Positions 26,405-39,077 of a stretch of 64,000 nucleotides of DNA are shown here, piece after piece. The notes beneath the pieces are model-generated. The model did no database searches and had not been told where the DNA came from. It saw only the letters and a list, made by a program, of their open reading frames with translations. Both the position numbers and the translations under genes were made by a program. Every line of letters starts with the position of its first letter. Positions within the stretch are counted from its first letter, which is position 1. Origin of the DNA: Leucoraja ocellata (taxonomy: Eukaryota); NCBI GenBank assembly GCA_036785375.1, contig JAWMAR010000118.1:5456001-5520000 (forward strand), read 5' to 3'.

Positions 26405-26608
26405 TATGTGCAAATTCACATAACTTGTGAGAGAAAGACTTTGCCTTCCATCACAGTGAGGAGGAGATTCACTGTGATGGATGTTGGTGTAAATTGAATT
26501 GTTTGTATGTCTTGTAGGAATTGTTTTTGTTTGTATGGCTGTGGAAACGGAGTTTCGTTTGAGCCTCACTGAGGTTCAAATGACATGTAATAAAAATATT
26601 GTATTGTA
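26405..26608 (+). mobile_element. Probable non-LTR retroelement 3' end with stem-loops
   Basis: 13-bp stem 26447-26481, second stem 26558-26580, then aataaa and (attgt)n terminal repeat. Confidence 0.5.
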
Positions 26609-26699
26609 AGTTAATAACCTTTGGTCATCCAAAATGTGCTAATTTGAGGATCAGATCACGGTATTTTTTACGTATTATTATAGAATTCATAAATAGTCT

Positions 26700-27031
26700 T
26701 TAGTGCGGCTGGTAGACCTGCTGCCTACCAGTGCCAGATACCCAGGTTCGATCCTGACCTTGGGTGCTGTCTGTGTGGAGTTTGCATGTTCTCCCTTGGA
26801 CTATGTGGCTTTCCTACAGGTGCACCCTTGTCCTCCCAAATCCCAAATATATGTGGGATTGTATGTTAATTTGTCTCTGTAAATTGCCCCTAGTGTGTAG
26901 TGGGTGGGAAAGTGGGCTAACATGGAACTAGTGTGAACGGTTGATCAATAGTCGGTATGGACGTGGCAGACCAAGGGCCTTGTTTCCATGCTATATCTCT
27001 AAACTAAACTAAAGTACTAAGCTAAACTAAA
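26700..27031 (+). mobile_element. HE1-like V-SINE
   Basis: ggttcgatcc head, gtgtggagtttgcatgttctccc V-domain, (taaac)n tail. Confidence 0.85.
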
Positions 27032-27721
27032 ATGCTCATTGGAACTTTGCAGCAAAGGAATATTACAATGTCAAATGCTGATTTATAGTGCAGCCATTTT
27101 GAAACACAGTGCTCCAGCTAATACCATCTCATAATGGTGCACTGCTTAATGTACAGTAATCAGAAGGAAGGACTCCCAACCCCACAGTGACCCCACCGTA
27201 CCATGCCATTTAAAAAAAAAAAAAGATGATAAGCTACTTATGGGTCAGTTGCTAGTTTATTTCTTCTGGTAGCTGATTTGATTCCGCAAGCATTTGGTGC
27301 TGTCTTTCATTATTTCAAGTTGCAAATTCTACAGGGAGCAATGCGGCACTGAATGACTTTGCTGACTTCGAGCCTTTTGTACAAATGAGTTGCTCAGAGG
27401 TATGAGTACATTAGTAAATAATCCCCACGCATTGCCGCATGACAAGGAGAATGAATGAAGGGCACGCAGATCAGGTCTAGCTCCAGGAAGAGGCAAGAGC
27501 AAGAGATGGAAGAGAAAGATGTGCACAAATCTTCTTCACAGAGGGAGTCTGAGGAACAAGTCACCGACATGAATGCATTACAACATGTAAGCTTTGTTGA
27601 GGAGGGTTTTTATTGATGGTTTCCATACTGCAGCCACAATTGAGACTTCAGAAGAGGACATGCGCTGCATTTCATGGGACTATCAATGTGAGTTGGGCAG
27701 TGAACTCTTGTCTTTCAAGAG

Positions 27722-27803
27722 ATTTCCAGAGATGCTGAGTTACCCACTCCAACACTTTGTGTCCTTTTGTGGAAACCAGTATCTGCCGTTTCTTGTTTCT
27801 TCA
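27722..27803 (+). mobile_element. Penelope-derived arm inserted in the TNFR-like relic
   Basis: ccagagatgctgagtt...ctccaacactttgtgtccttttgtggaaaccagtatctgccgtttc matches the family arm. Confidence 0.7.
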
Positions 27804-28594
27804 CAGTGCACAAAGTTTCCAACTACTTCCTTACAGTAAGATGAGCTTGAATCAGTGCACAAGGCTTGATACCATGACCATTTTGAACTCCACTGTGCTC
27901 CCGGACAATGAATGCAGGTGTCAGGCAGACTACCAGGTGTTGTTCGCACACACTTTGCCTATGGAAGCACTAAGCTGAGCCCTCTGGATTAGAGTTTCAC
28001 CTCCACTCTAAGCCAGCACAGTTCTTGTTATTTTTCTTGTATTGTCCATAGGTCATTTGTGCTGGAAATCACACCATACGCAGATCTCACCTTCCCAAAT
28101 ATGCAGTCGATGAGGGAATGTGAAATAGAGAGATAGTGTGCCTTTAGATTCGCTGCTTGCTTTCTTTTGTAGCACTGCTAATACTCCTTGTGTGTCTGTA
28201 AGGCAAAAGATATCAGGGTAGTCTTGTAGCAAATTATAACATTCCTTCTGACAGAGACAAGATTGTTTGACTCTGACCCACTTGTTTCATATGTCTCAGT
28301 TCTACACTCATCAGGATCTTGCCGACTGAAGGAATTGGGGAAGTACCAATTAAATGTAGTGAATTATTGAAAGTCTTCACCAATATGCAATGAACAAGAC
28401 TGAATTGCTTTAAGCATTATTGATGAGGCATTAACGGGCTCACTGCTAAATAGTCTTCTGAGTGTTTGGAGCAGTTTCAAAGAATTTGTGCATTTATTAT
28501 CAGTAAAAGGTTTGCTTGAATACTCGGTACAGATAATGAAAGTTAAATCAATGATTTGGGTGTGTTTCTGTTAACAAGATTAGATAATATAAAC

Positions 28595-28982
28595 TGGGGA
28601 CCCAAAAGTTAGCAGATGCTGGAATCCGGAGCAAAAAAATGAACAGCTCGAGGAGCGCAACGTGGAGGGAACTTAGAACATCAAACAACAGTACAGCACA
28701 AGAACATGCTCTTTGACCTACAATATCTGCCAAACACCGATGCTGTTAATCTAATCCCCTCTGCCCGCAGGTGATCCATATTCCTCCATTCCCTGGATAT
28801 CCATGTGCCTAACCCAAAGTCTCTAAAATGATTCTATCACACCTGCATCCAAATGGACAGTCAATGGTTTGGGTCAAGACCCTTTCTCAGCACTGGAGCG
28901 GTCTCAACCTGAAAGCCCAACTGTCCATTTGCTCCACAGATGCTGCCTGACTCGCTGACCTCTTCCAGCAGTTTACTATTTG
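28595..28982. mobile_element. Penelope-derived fold-back element with a nested minus-strand CR1 tail (~28674-28850)
   Basis: gcagatgctggaatc left arm; ctccacagatgctgcctgac right arm; internal agaacatcaaacaacagtacagcaca... Confidence 0.7.
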
Positions 28983-29195
28983 AGGACATGACACATTATG
29001 AGGAGATCTTTAAAGAGAGAATGTCAAAGGAAAATAGAGGCAAGGGCAACATTATGTATCAGTCTATTTAATTCTATACAATAAATGTTTCTCAATGGAG
29101 CTGAAAGGTTGGGACAGCGAACCTGCAAACACATAAGGCCACTGGTGCCTATGTCAATTGTCAGGTTCATTCTGTAAATAGTTGAAAAAGACATG

Positions 29196-29381
29196 NNNNN
29201 NNNNNNNNNNNNNNNNNNNNNNNNNNNNNNNNNNNNNNNNNNNNNNNNNNNNNNNNNNNNNNNNNNNNNNNNNNNNNNNNNNNNNNNNNNNNNNNNNNNN
29301 NNNNNNNNNNNNNNNNNNNNNNNNNNNNNNNNNNNNNNNNNNNNNNNNNNNNNNNNNNNNNNNNNNNNNNNNNNNNNNNNN
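29196..29381. other. Assembly gap (186 N)
   Basis: Run of n. Confidence 1.
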
Positions 29382-29385
29382 TGCT

Positions 29386-29768
29386 TCTGTGTGTGCGCGT
29401 GTCTGTGCTTGTGTGGGTGTGTGTGCAAGTATGTGTGCACGTACGTGTGTGTGCCTGTCTGTGTACGTGTCTGTGTGTGTGCGCGTCTCTGCGTGTCTGC
29501 TTGTGCGTGTGCGCATGCATCTCTGTGTGTGTGTACATGACTGTGTGTGCGTGCGTCTCTATGCGTGTCTGTGCTTGTGTGGGTGTGTGCCTGTGTATGT
29601 GTGCACGCGTCTCTGTGTGTGCGCATCTGTGTGCGTGTCTGTGGTTGTGTGGGTGTGTGCGCGTGTCTATGTTTGCCTGCATCTGTGTGTGAGTGTGCGT
29701 GTGAGTGTCTGTGTGCACACATCTGCATGTGGGTGTATGCATGTGTGTGAGTCTGTGTGCATGTACAC
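29386..29768. repeat. Degenerate (TG)n microsatellite
   Basis: TG/CG/TC dinucleotide array adjacent to the gap. Confidence 0.95.
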
Positions 29769-29919
29769 ACATTGCTCTATTTTACCTACATGCGTATTTG
29801 TGTTTCCCTCATCCCTTCTTTTGATCTTGCCTTTCAAGTTTTCTCTTGTAATTATGCACCTTGTTTTAGCTAATATATTTCTTGTTTATACCACATTGCT
29901 TCCTTCAAATTTTTTTTGA

Positions 29920-30232
29920 CCACACCTTACCAACAGTGCACAAGGCTTGATACCATGACCATTTTGAACTCCACTATGCTCCCTGACAATGGATGCAGGC
30001 ATCAGGCAGACTACCAGGTGTTGATCAGCACACACATTGCCCATGGAAGCACTAAGCTGAGCCCTAGGGATCACAGTTTCACCTCCGCTTTGAGCCAGCA
30101 CAGTTCTTGTTATTTTTCCTGGATTGTCCATGGGTTATTTGTGCTGGAAATCAAACCATACGCAGATTTCATCTTCCCAAATATGCAGTCGGCGACTGGG
30201 AATGTGAAATCGAGTGATGGTGTGCCTTCAGA
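29920..30232 (+). pseudogene. Second, partial copy of the TNFR-like CRD plus TM segment
   Basis: 29934-30232 aligns to 27853-28148 at roughly 90% identity by manual count; reads PYQQCTRLDTMTILNSTMLPDNGCRHQADYQ and STVLVIFPGLSMGYLCWK. Confidence 0.55.
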
Positions 30233-30639
30233 ATTAAGTCCCCACTCTGCTCCCACACATCAACACCCCCTTCAACTTTGATTTTGTGTGAAACTTTCCT
30301 CTTTGTTTTTTTTTATTCATGTTTCCTCATGTCCCATCTCTGACCCGGAGATGGTACGGTTGAAGCTTTCCACTTCATCAAGTAGAGAGGCCAAGAACTG
30401 ATGAAACTTGATGGAAGCAGGTGGATGTGAGCCTTGGGAATCAACATCACAAAGCCAAATGCAGTATTACTTCTTTGTTATTCAAGCTTATTCTGCTGCC
30501 AGCTGAAGAACACATTTTTTGGCACAATATTAAATATGTTGTAAAAAAATAACTGCGATTGGGGGAAAAAAAACTAAATATTTTGATATATTGTTAACAT
30601 CTTTTTTTTGCATTTGGCCCTAATTAGTAAAAGACTGTG

Positions 30640-31092
30640 TTATCAAATCCATATCTTTTCCATCTGGCAGGCCAGGTTTCCTTTATTTCTGCCAGCTTTT
30701 TTCACAACTGATGGTTGGAAATCTGAATAAGATTTCTGAATGAGCATTTGGTGTAAGGTGACTGCCGAGATCCCTTTTTCTCACCGAAGCAAGTCGAAAA
30801 AATAAAGAAGAAACTCTTTGCAAAAATGTTGCCAAAATATGCTTTGTTATTAAAAGAATTATAGACAACTCGAATCATTGAAAACGCAAATCTGAGACGC
30901 GTGCAAAGGAGTGGGTATTTTACCAGCACCAGTGAGGGTGGCTTCTCCTTCACAAACGCAGTGGGGACATGCACAGTGCGTGGCGCAAGTGGATGTCCCC
31001 ACTGGGAGCCGCTGGGACTCCCACCTTTCACACCTCTACGCTGAGAAGTCCTTGTATTCTGTGGGCACCCCGTTCCTTTCAAAGATGTAAGC
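30640..31092 (+). promoter_or_regulatory. Candidate alternative promoter / 5' exon of ESRRG
   Basis: Repeat-free, locally CpG-enriched block ending in a donor-like site aaagat|GTAAGC (exon end 31086); same strand as ESRRG; contains ATG 30969 (MHSAWRKWMSPLGAAG...). Confidence 0.45.
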
Positions 31093-34000
31093 TTTTCCGT
31101 TTAAATTTAATAGTGCAGCATGCTGCTGCTGACACTTAAGTGTTTCACATGCGGGAGTTATTTTTCGATTTGTACACTTATGAAATGATGGTCCCTTTAG
31201 GCAGTGAAGTGATCAGCCATGCCCACAGAATAAACTGGTTAGTATTGGAGCTGAGTAGTGATCATTGCCTGTTCACGATGTCACTGCGGCCCCACCATTC
31301 CCTGGGAACTGACCTATCTTTTCGCAGTCATTTCCACATTCTGTTTCCTGCTCTGAATCCCCTTTCTGTGTCGTGGGGGGGGGAGATGATTTGAAGATCG
31401 CCCAATTTGTTCTGACATAAAGAGATGTTTTGCTTTGTGAGAGAGGGTGGCAGTGGTGGTGGGCTCTGTGTGACTGACAACTGAACAGTGTGTCTGCCGG
31501 GCCAGTTCACCACATGTCCTTTCATATTCTCACCATGTCCTGCATGAGTGGTGTTTGATCTCTGCGGCTAAATATCAACAGACCCGGGGATTTCAGCGGA
31601 AAAAAAAAAATCCTGGAATTTAACACCTCGCTGTGCTGCGATGTGGGCTGAGAATTTGCAGGGAAACACCCAGTGAACGTGCAATCCTGATCATTTAGAG
31701 AGCAGCAATGCCGCACTAGATTCTTTATTTTGTTTCTTTTGAGAGTCGCGTTAAATTCAGGTCAAACTGATTCAGATTTGATCAGTCAGTACAGGTTTCT
31801 CTCTCTCCCAGTTTACAATAGAAAGTTAAGTGTTTGCAAGGAGCGATCCAGTTGAATATCTCAGGGCTACACAGCCTTTCAACCACAGTGCTGTTGTGTG
31901 TATGTCACATGCTAGTTTTGTTTTAAGAGTCTCATTTCCTTATACGGGTGCATGCAGATATCCATTTCCAAACCACTTGTCAGGCCTGAAATTATTTCAA
32001 TATTTTTTTTCTCTCTGGAGGGGAAATCTACCTTAGAATTCTCGTCAAGACTCAACTGATATATATTAAGCATATTGAATCCAAATAAATAAGTTATGAA
32101 AATATAACCGGCAGAGCTTTATTGTATTTCTTTGTGCCTTTTAAACTAGAGAAATTATTTGGAGTCCGTTTTAAGTGATCACATTTTATAGTAATCTGTT
32201 ATGATATAAAAGTCGAGAAATAAGCTACCAAAAATTGTAAGAGAAGATTTTTTTATTTATTTATGTAAATTGGAAATGGGCCGTGTAGCAGAGAAATGTA
32301 AAGATTCCTTCAGTGTTAGAATGTGTTGAATAATTTAAGATCTGACATAAAAAAAACTTGGTTACTTTTGCCATTTAAAATATGTCCGAAACTCTCTGCA
32401 ATACACAAACACATTGTAGCCTCAGATGTGTCCTTTTCTTTAAAGCTGCAAGACATAAAATTACTTGTTGTAAGCACTAAGCCAAATGGTCAAACCAATC
32501 TAAATCATGCATTTTAGACAGTGTCTGTTTTCTTTTAATTGGCTTGTTGCAACATGACATTTTGAATCATCTGGTGAAATTATATAGTACCTTACTGAAA
32601 GAAGCTTCTTTAGTTTGTTTTGATGGAAGAACAATCAATTTGATAAGTGGTAGCACATCTCATTGTCTCAGATTAATTATACTAATTGCTTGATGTTAGC
32701 CTTCAGAACAAGCCGAGCCTGAAGAGGAGTGAGGCTGTGGCCCCCCTTTGCATGCAGTGTGAGTGCCAGTTCCAGTTGCCTGCACACAGGCTGGATACAG
32801 CATTGTTAGAATTCAGGTCTACACCTTCGCTGTCAGTACTGGTTCTGCTGTAGTCAAGTTCCTGCTCTGAGCAGAGCAAATCTTTGCTCAGTTAAGTGAG
32901 CCTCAGTCACTGTTGCACTTTCAAAAGGCTTGGCCAACAGCCCAGCTTTGTTAGGCTTTTGGAGCTTCACCTGAATGAGATATTGACGGAGCTTTGTTAC
33001 CTGAACATCTCCAAATAACACAGGGGGAAAAAAAGATTTGATAATTAAATTGTTATAGAATAACAAAGTCTGCGGATTTCGAAGCCTGTGGCCTCCAGAG
33101 GGATTGTCATAGAAAATAGGTGACTATTTGGTCCTTCGAGCCTGCACCGCGTTATGGTTAATTTTGACTGGAATTTGCTTGTGAGCCCTAGATTCCAACA
33201 TTTGTACACTTTTGTTGATTTTATTCAACATTGCTTTATTTTCTTGAGGTGAGCCACCATTGTGATGACACTATTCGTTGCATGAGGGACTCCCATTTAA
33301 AAAAATAATAATTCTGAAGTGGTGTTTGCAGCCTCACACAGTATCTTATGAAGCATCAAAGTGTTGATTAGCAGAAAGACAAACCCATTCTGGGTGTGGC
33401 ACAATTTCCTGCCCTCTTGTAAATTCAGAACAGCTGAGCAACCCTATACATCTGAAGCACCTGGTCTCTAGGATTGGGTTACAGCAACTTTATTGTGTTG
33501 TTAAAGGTCAGTACTCGGCATATGCTGCATCTCTTCAGAGGTGCTTATCTAGCAGCTTATTCCATGATAACACATTTGCCGACTGAAGTCACAACTAACC
33601 ATAAAGAATGAAAAGCATTTCAAGCATCTCACCTTCCCCAAAACAAGCGTGCAATAGTAACGAGCTCTGCCCCTGACATGCAGCCCAGTGCCTTTAAATT
33701 TACTGTATGAAAGGTGGGATTGGCTCTTTAAAAGTTACAACTGGCATCTAAATTTGAAATAGAAACAATTGGAAGAATTGTTGTATAATTAATGTATTAT
33801 CCCTTGCTTTCATGTGCAATATTGCAGCTTCACGCCAGGAAAATTTTTAATTGGAAAGCACTGTAGCAAGCAAAAACTTCCCTTATCGAATCATCTTTGT
33901 CGATCAAATATCAGAATGTACCAGGGAATGAATTCATGCCTCAGCAAATGCACTGTTAATTGTGCATAAGCATCAATGGAATGTCAATTAAATGACATGA

Positions 34001-34689
34001 ATGGTGTCTATGAAAGTTTTTGATATTTTCACACCTTGGTTTACTTTCCATAGTCTCTTCTCTTATTTCACCCCTTCCTCCTGTAGTAGATGAATTTTTA
34101 AACAAAGCTGTGAACAACCCTATCACCATAACTTTTTTTAAATTTGCTTAAATTTAACCCAGGTCAGATTACCTCAGGTTTCACTGTGAATAAGATCGAC
34201 AGGTTGTTTGCTCTGCTTCCCTTTAGCTTCCCACTTGATAGAATGTGTAAAAATTGCTTCCTGATATTCTAAAGTCAAATTTTTGATGCAAAGGACGATA
34301 ATGTGCTTTAGGAACAGTGGGATTAGCTGTGGATTGCTGTAAAATAAAATTAGTATAACCGTGATATACAAATGGCCTTGTTCTTTGCGTTAAACCTGCA
34401 TGCTCTACTTTTCTTACTTGACGCTTGCGTAAGACTGATAGCAGTCAATGCAAGCTGGTAATCTGAATCGCGATCCTTCAGCTCAATATAGTCATAGAGT
34501 TATGAAGAGATACAGCCCAGAGTCAGGCCCTGTAACCCGGCGTGCCTGCAATGAACATCAAACACTCAATTACGCTAATAAATCCTTTTTTTTTTAAAGG
34601 ATTTTAAAGCCTATTTCCTTCGCTCCATGGATGCTGCTGCCCCCGCTGAGTTTCTCCAGCTTTTTTGTCTACCTTTTTTTTAAATGTTG

Positions 34690-35232
34690 GTTTAGTCTTA
34701 GTTTTGAGATGCAGCGCGGAAATAGTTCCTTCAGCCCACCGAGTCCACGCCAACCATCATTTACCTATTCAAACTAGTTCTATTTTAGGGGCACTAGGGG
34801 CAATTTTACACCGGCCAAGTAACCTACCCATACATCCTTGGGATGTGGAGGTTAACCAGAGGAAACCAACGGGGTCACAGGGTGAACATGCAAACTCCAC
34901 ACAGACAGCACCCGAGGTCGGGATCCAACTGGGATTTCTTACGGTGTGAGGCAGCAGCTCTACCAGCTGTACCACTAAGAAGCCCCTCTTCTCACATTCC
35001 CATGAACTCCCCATAGTTTCTACAACTCGTCGACACTGTAAAGCCAATTTGCAGTGGCCAATAAACTGACTGACTCGCACGTCTTTGGAATATGGGAGGA
35101 ATCAGAAGCATCTGGAGGAAGCACACGCAATCACTGAGAGAACATGCAAACTCCACACAGTCAGCACCCTAGGTCAGGATTGAACCCAGGTCACTGATGC
35201 TGTGTGTTAGCAGCTCTACTAGCTGTGCCACC
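34690..35232 (-). mobile_element. Two adjacent HE1-like V-SINEs
   Basis: Two copies of gaacatgcaaactccacacag.cagcaccc...gcagctctac.agctgt.ccac. Confidence 0.85.
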
Positions 35233-35454
35233 TAGTTTGTTGGAGTAAAGACATAAAAACATGTACAAATGATTCTCTTCTCTAAAGATTTAGAGGTTTT
35301 GCTGTTTGAACCTGGTCAGGAATTAGCAATAACCTTTTCAAGGGATAAAACTGAACTCATAATCCTCTAGGCGAAGAAACCAGTGTTCTAGAATAGAGTT
35401 TCCACTGCAGACCACTGTCATAGGAATAATCCTTTGCATCTGTATGGAAATACT

Positions 35455-35745
35455 TAATTTAGTTTAGTTTAGTTATTTCGTTCATTGTCACGTGGTACAG
35501 TGAAAAGCTTTTGTTGTGTGCTAGCTAGTCACAAGATTACAATCGGGCCATCCATGGTGTACAGATACATGATATAGAGAATAACGTTTAGTGCAAGGTA
35601 AAGTCCAGTAAAGTCCAATCAAAGATAATCCACTGGGCTCCAATGAGATAGATAGTAGCTCAGGACCGTTCTCTAGTTGTGGGTAGGATGGTTTAGTTGC
35701 CTGATAATAGCTGGAAGAAACTGTCCCTGAATCTGGATTGCGTTT
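35455..35745 (-). mobile_element. Retroelement 3' end in reverse orientation
   Basis: (tttag)n then ttcattgtcac...tacagtgaaaagctttt...gctggaagaaactgtccctgaatctgg; related starts at ~6653 and ~43400. Confidence 0.55.
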
Positions 35746-37282
35746 GTTCTTATTGCAAAGAAGATAGATATATTGTAAAATATTTTACCGTTCAGCTCTG
35801 TCATAGAAAGAAATTAAACATAAAATCTTATCTCCATTTGGCCATGAATGAAGAGAGTTTTAAGCGTAAACAGTTTAGCATGAATATCCTTACATCACTG
35901 TGGGCAACCTCGGAGCTCTAACACATTGAATCGGTTGCAGTATCCATGTTCCACCTCTGAGGTCAGTATGCATTGACATGGATGAAGCTCCATCAATCCA
36001 CCCTGGTTATTTTGACAGTTTACCTTTTGTATTATTTCTACAGTGCCCTGCCTAGCTCTGTCTTGTCTGTATGATTAAATTTGGCAGATGGCACTTTTCA
36101 GGCCAATAAATTAACACTGTGTTGAACTTTGATACAGTGTGTGGTGCAGGTTATAATTTAACAGTACTTGCTCAGAACTCATTTTCAATTACGTTAAGTG
36201 TGATTGCGTTTCTTTTTATTAATTTTGCCATAGTTTTAATTTTGTAGATCTAATATACAGTATATCTACTAGTTTAAAATTCTAACGGTTCATCTGTCGA
36301 TTGAAGCACAAAATAGTGAAAGTAACTAAATCCATAGCTGAGGACATATATGTCACTTAAATTTGTAAATTTAGAAGTACTTGGATTAGTGAAGATTTGG
36401 AGTATCTAATACTTGACTTGAGACTTGATTCTAAAGTTAAATATATCAAATGAATTTGAGTGGAGAGAACTGGCAAACCTTCTAAGATGGCATCAAAAAT
36501 CCACCAGAACTGTCGAGATTTACAGCACATAAACCCACTCAGCTGCTTTCGCCTGTTGGCTTTGTGTCGGTTTGTTGGCTTCAGCAATCCAAAAACAAAT
36601 CTCTCTTTCCACAGTTCTATTTGTTCTGGTGCATCAATTTTTTTTTTCCAATTTTCCCTTCAAAGTTTCAGTAGTTTCCTCCAACTATTCACTTGCAGCA
36701 GAGTACATAGTCTCCGTGTAAAGAGCATCTGCCTGTTATCTTCATTTATTTGCTGTCATGTTCAAAATTATTGATCCTTCGTGAATGATTCCACACTCAG
36801 AAAATAATCTTTACTGATTAGCTCTTTCAAAATTGTGGAAGAAAAATTGGCACAGGGGCTGAATTTTCCGTAAGCATGGATCTTAGTCGTAGCATTTCTG
36901 CCTGTTATACCAACGTCTCCATAGTCCTTGATCCCATGGTCAGGAATACTGCAGAACGGGCCCTGGTCAAATCCTTGCTACATGAACAAAGTCTGCTGAT
37001 GTCCAAATGTATGTCTTAACCCCACTATTAGCACATTCTCAATGGGGCATGAAGGAGGGGATTCAGAGAAGTTTCTGAAATCTGCTTCCCTATCCTTGTT
37101 TACATGTAAAGAGTTACTCAACCTATTGGACACATAAGAGATTGCAGATACTGGAATTTTGCACAAAATCAAGCTGCTGGACAAACTCAGTGGGTTAGGC
37201 AGCTCAGTGCTGGAAAATGTTAGTCCAGCAGTCTGTTTGGATCCATTAGCACTTGTTTAACAAAATAACCAAAGTTGTTTTA

Positions 37283-38095
37283 AACCCGGGAAGATTATCT
37301 TAACTTGGGTATTTTACAACTTAACAGTATAAGCATTGAACTCTCTGACTTTAGGTACCTAATCAACTATAACCCTCCCCCCCTTTTCTCCCCCTCTTTT
37401 CCATTTGTCCACTATGAAGCACATCCATTTCTCCCACTATCTCCCCCCCCCCCCCCCCCCCCCCTTCCCCATCCACCTGTCACCCTTCCTCTGACTTCAC
37501 ATTTGGAACCTCTTCTCTCATTACCTCACAGCGTTTTGTCTTTTCATCTGTGGCCTTTGTTCTCCCAGTTGCCAATCAACTCTGAACCCCCTCCCCCGCC
37601 CTGACTTGTATCCACCTATCACATGTCAGGCTTTGTCCCACCCCCACCACTATGTACATTCTAGTCTCTCCCCCACCACCAAAATCAGTCTGGAGAAGCG
37701 TCTTTACACTTTGGACTTTAAAGATACAGAGCGGAAACAGGCCCCTCAGCTCCTCAAGTCCGCACAGACCACTGATCCAGCATTAATAAACCAGCACTGT
37801 CGTACACACTAAGGGCAATTTACAATTTTTAATAAAGCTATTTAACGTACAAACCTGTACGTCTTTGGACTATGGGGGAAAACCGGAGCACCCAGAGAAA
37901 AACCCACGCAGTCACAGGGAGAACGTACAAACTCCGTACAGACGGCACCTGTAGTCAGGATCGTACCCGGGTCTCCAGCGCAACAAGGCAACAACTCTAC
38001 GGCTGTGCCATTGTTCTAACCCAAAACATTGCTTACCCATGTTTTCCAAGATGCTGCCTGACTTGCTGAGTTACTCCAGCAGATTTGTGTCTTTT
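37283..38095 (+). mobile_element. Penelope-like 3' fragment whose hammerhead motif is split by a V-SINE (37703-38012, minus strand)
   Basis: LGILQLNSISIELSDFR resembles the PLE end LGSLHPSGMNVGFSNFR; cagtctggagaagcgtct [SINE] aacccaaaacattgc...gatgctgcctgacttgctgagttactccagc. Confidence 0.75.
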
Positions 38096-38639
38096 TTCAA
38101 AGATCGCTTTAACAATCATTTCCAGGTGAAATCGTGTATACCAGGAACTTGGGGGAGGTACATTTGCACACAATTCACCCGAGCACAGCTGATCTATTCC
38201 TCTGTGTCAGTTAGTCATCTAATAACATCACAAGAAGAGTTTCCTCCATTGTCGACATCAATTGAAGCTCCTGGCTGCAGCCTATAATTTGCGCTGAACA
38301 CTCGCAATGCAACTAGAATTACATTGTGGTGCTTTGTAGCATTTGTCTCCATTTGCAAAGGGAACTCTGCAGACTGCTGGTGATCTAACTGGGCTCACTG
38401 CAGGCTCTTCAAGCAGCTTCCAAAGTCTGCAGAATGTGGTTAATCCAACAGGGTGTGTTTCTTTTTTCAGCATTTAGTGCTGAGATACTCATTCCGTTGG
38501 TTCAATCTGTACAGTGGTCAGTTTATATCTGCACCTAGAAGAATGTAATTTTAACATGAATAAAAACCCATTTCAACCAGGCTAGAATTTAGAATTAATT
38601 AAGGCAGAAAAAAAGGCAAATGTAGGGAGTCATAATGTA

Positions 38640-38800
38640 CAAACACGAAACTGCAGATGCTGTTACCATAGAAAATAACAAAGTCTGAAAAAATCTGAAG
38701 ACGTGTCCCGACCCAAAACAATACCTATTCATGTTCTGCAGAGATGCTGCCTGAACCGCTGAGTTACTATATACAGCAATGGTTTCCAATATTTGTGTTT
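38640..38800. mobile_element. Penelope-derived short element
   Basis: ctgcagatgctg arm; ctgaagacgtgtcccgacccaaaac; gagatgctgcctgaaccgctgagttact. Confidence 0.7.
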
Positions 38801-39077
38801 TAGTGCCTTTAATACTACATTGTTTCAGGTGAGGGTTCTGAGGTCCAGGCACCATATCTGCAATGTCCTGGATGACTTCAGGCTGACTCTTGAAAAGTTG
38901 CCCCTTTGACTTTGACCTACATAGATGAATTTAATATCCGTTGAAGGCTCTTGTACCAAGCGTCTAGGCTTCAGACTGTTGCCCTGGGCAGGTCGAGGAA
39001 GCGGTCTGGGGTGGCTGGATATTGGGTATGGGTGCATATTCTTTCTAAAGGATGTAGACTAGAATTAATACAGAAAA

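Larger units (their letters stand above)
27569..29130 (+). pseudogene. Putative decayed, intronless TNF receptor superfamily (TNFR1/death-receptor-like) sequence interrupted by repeats
   Basis: Colinear fragments: QCTKFPTTS / MSLNQCTRLDTMTILNSTVLPDNECRCQADYQ (CRD-like, 27804-27936); STVLVIFLVLSIGHLCWK (TM-like, same frame, ~28015-28068); SIIDE...FKEFVH...LGTDNE (~28410-28540); THYE...EARATL...MFLNGAERL (28985-29112, death-domain-like). Multiple stops and frameshifts. Confidence 0.5.

Noticed and set aside
27785-27806. Acceptor-like tttcttgtttcttcacag just before the TNFR-like CRD
   Set aside because: The pyrimidine tract is the normal end of the Penelope-derived arm, so it is not evidence of a real exon
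29024-29919. Long His/Thr- or Cys/Val-rich ORFs (up to 248 aa)
   Set aside because: Translations of a (TG)n microsatellite plus an N gap; not genes
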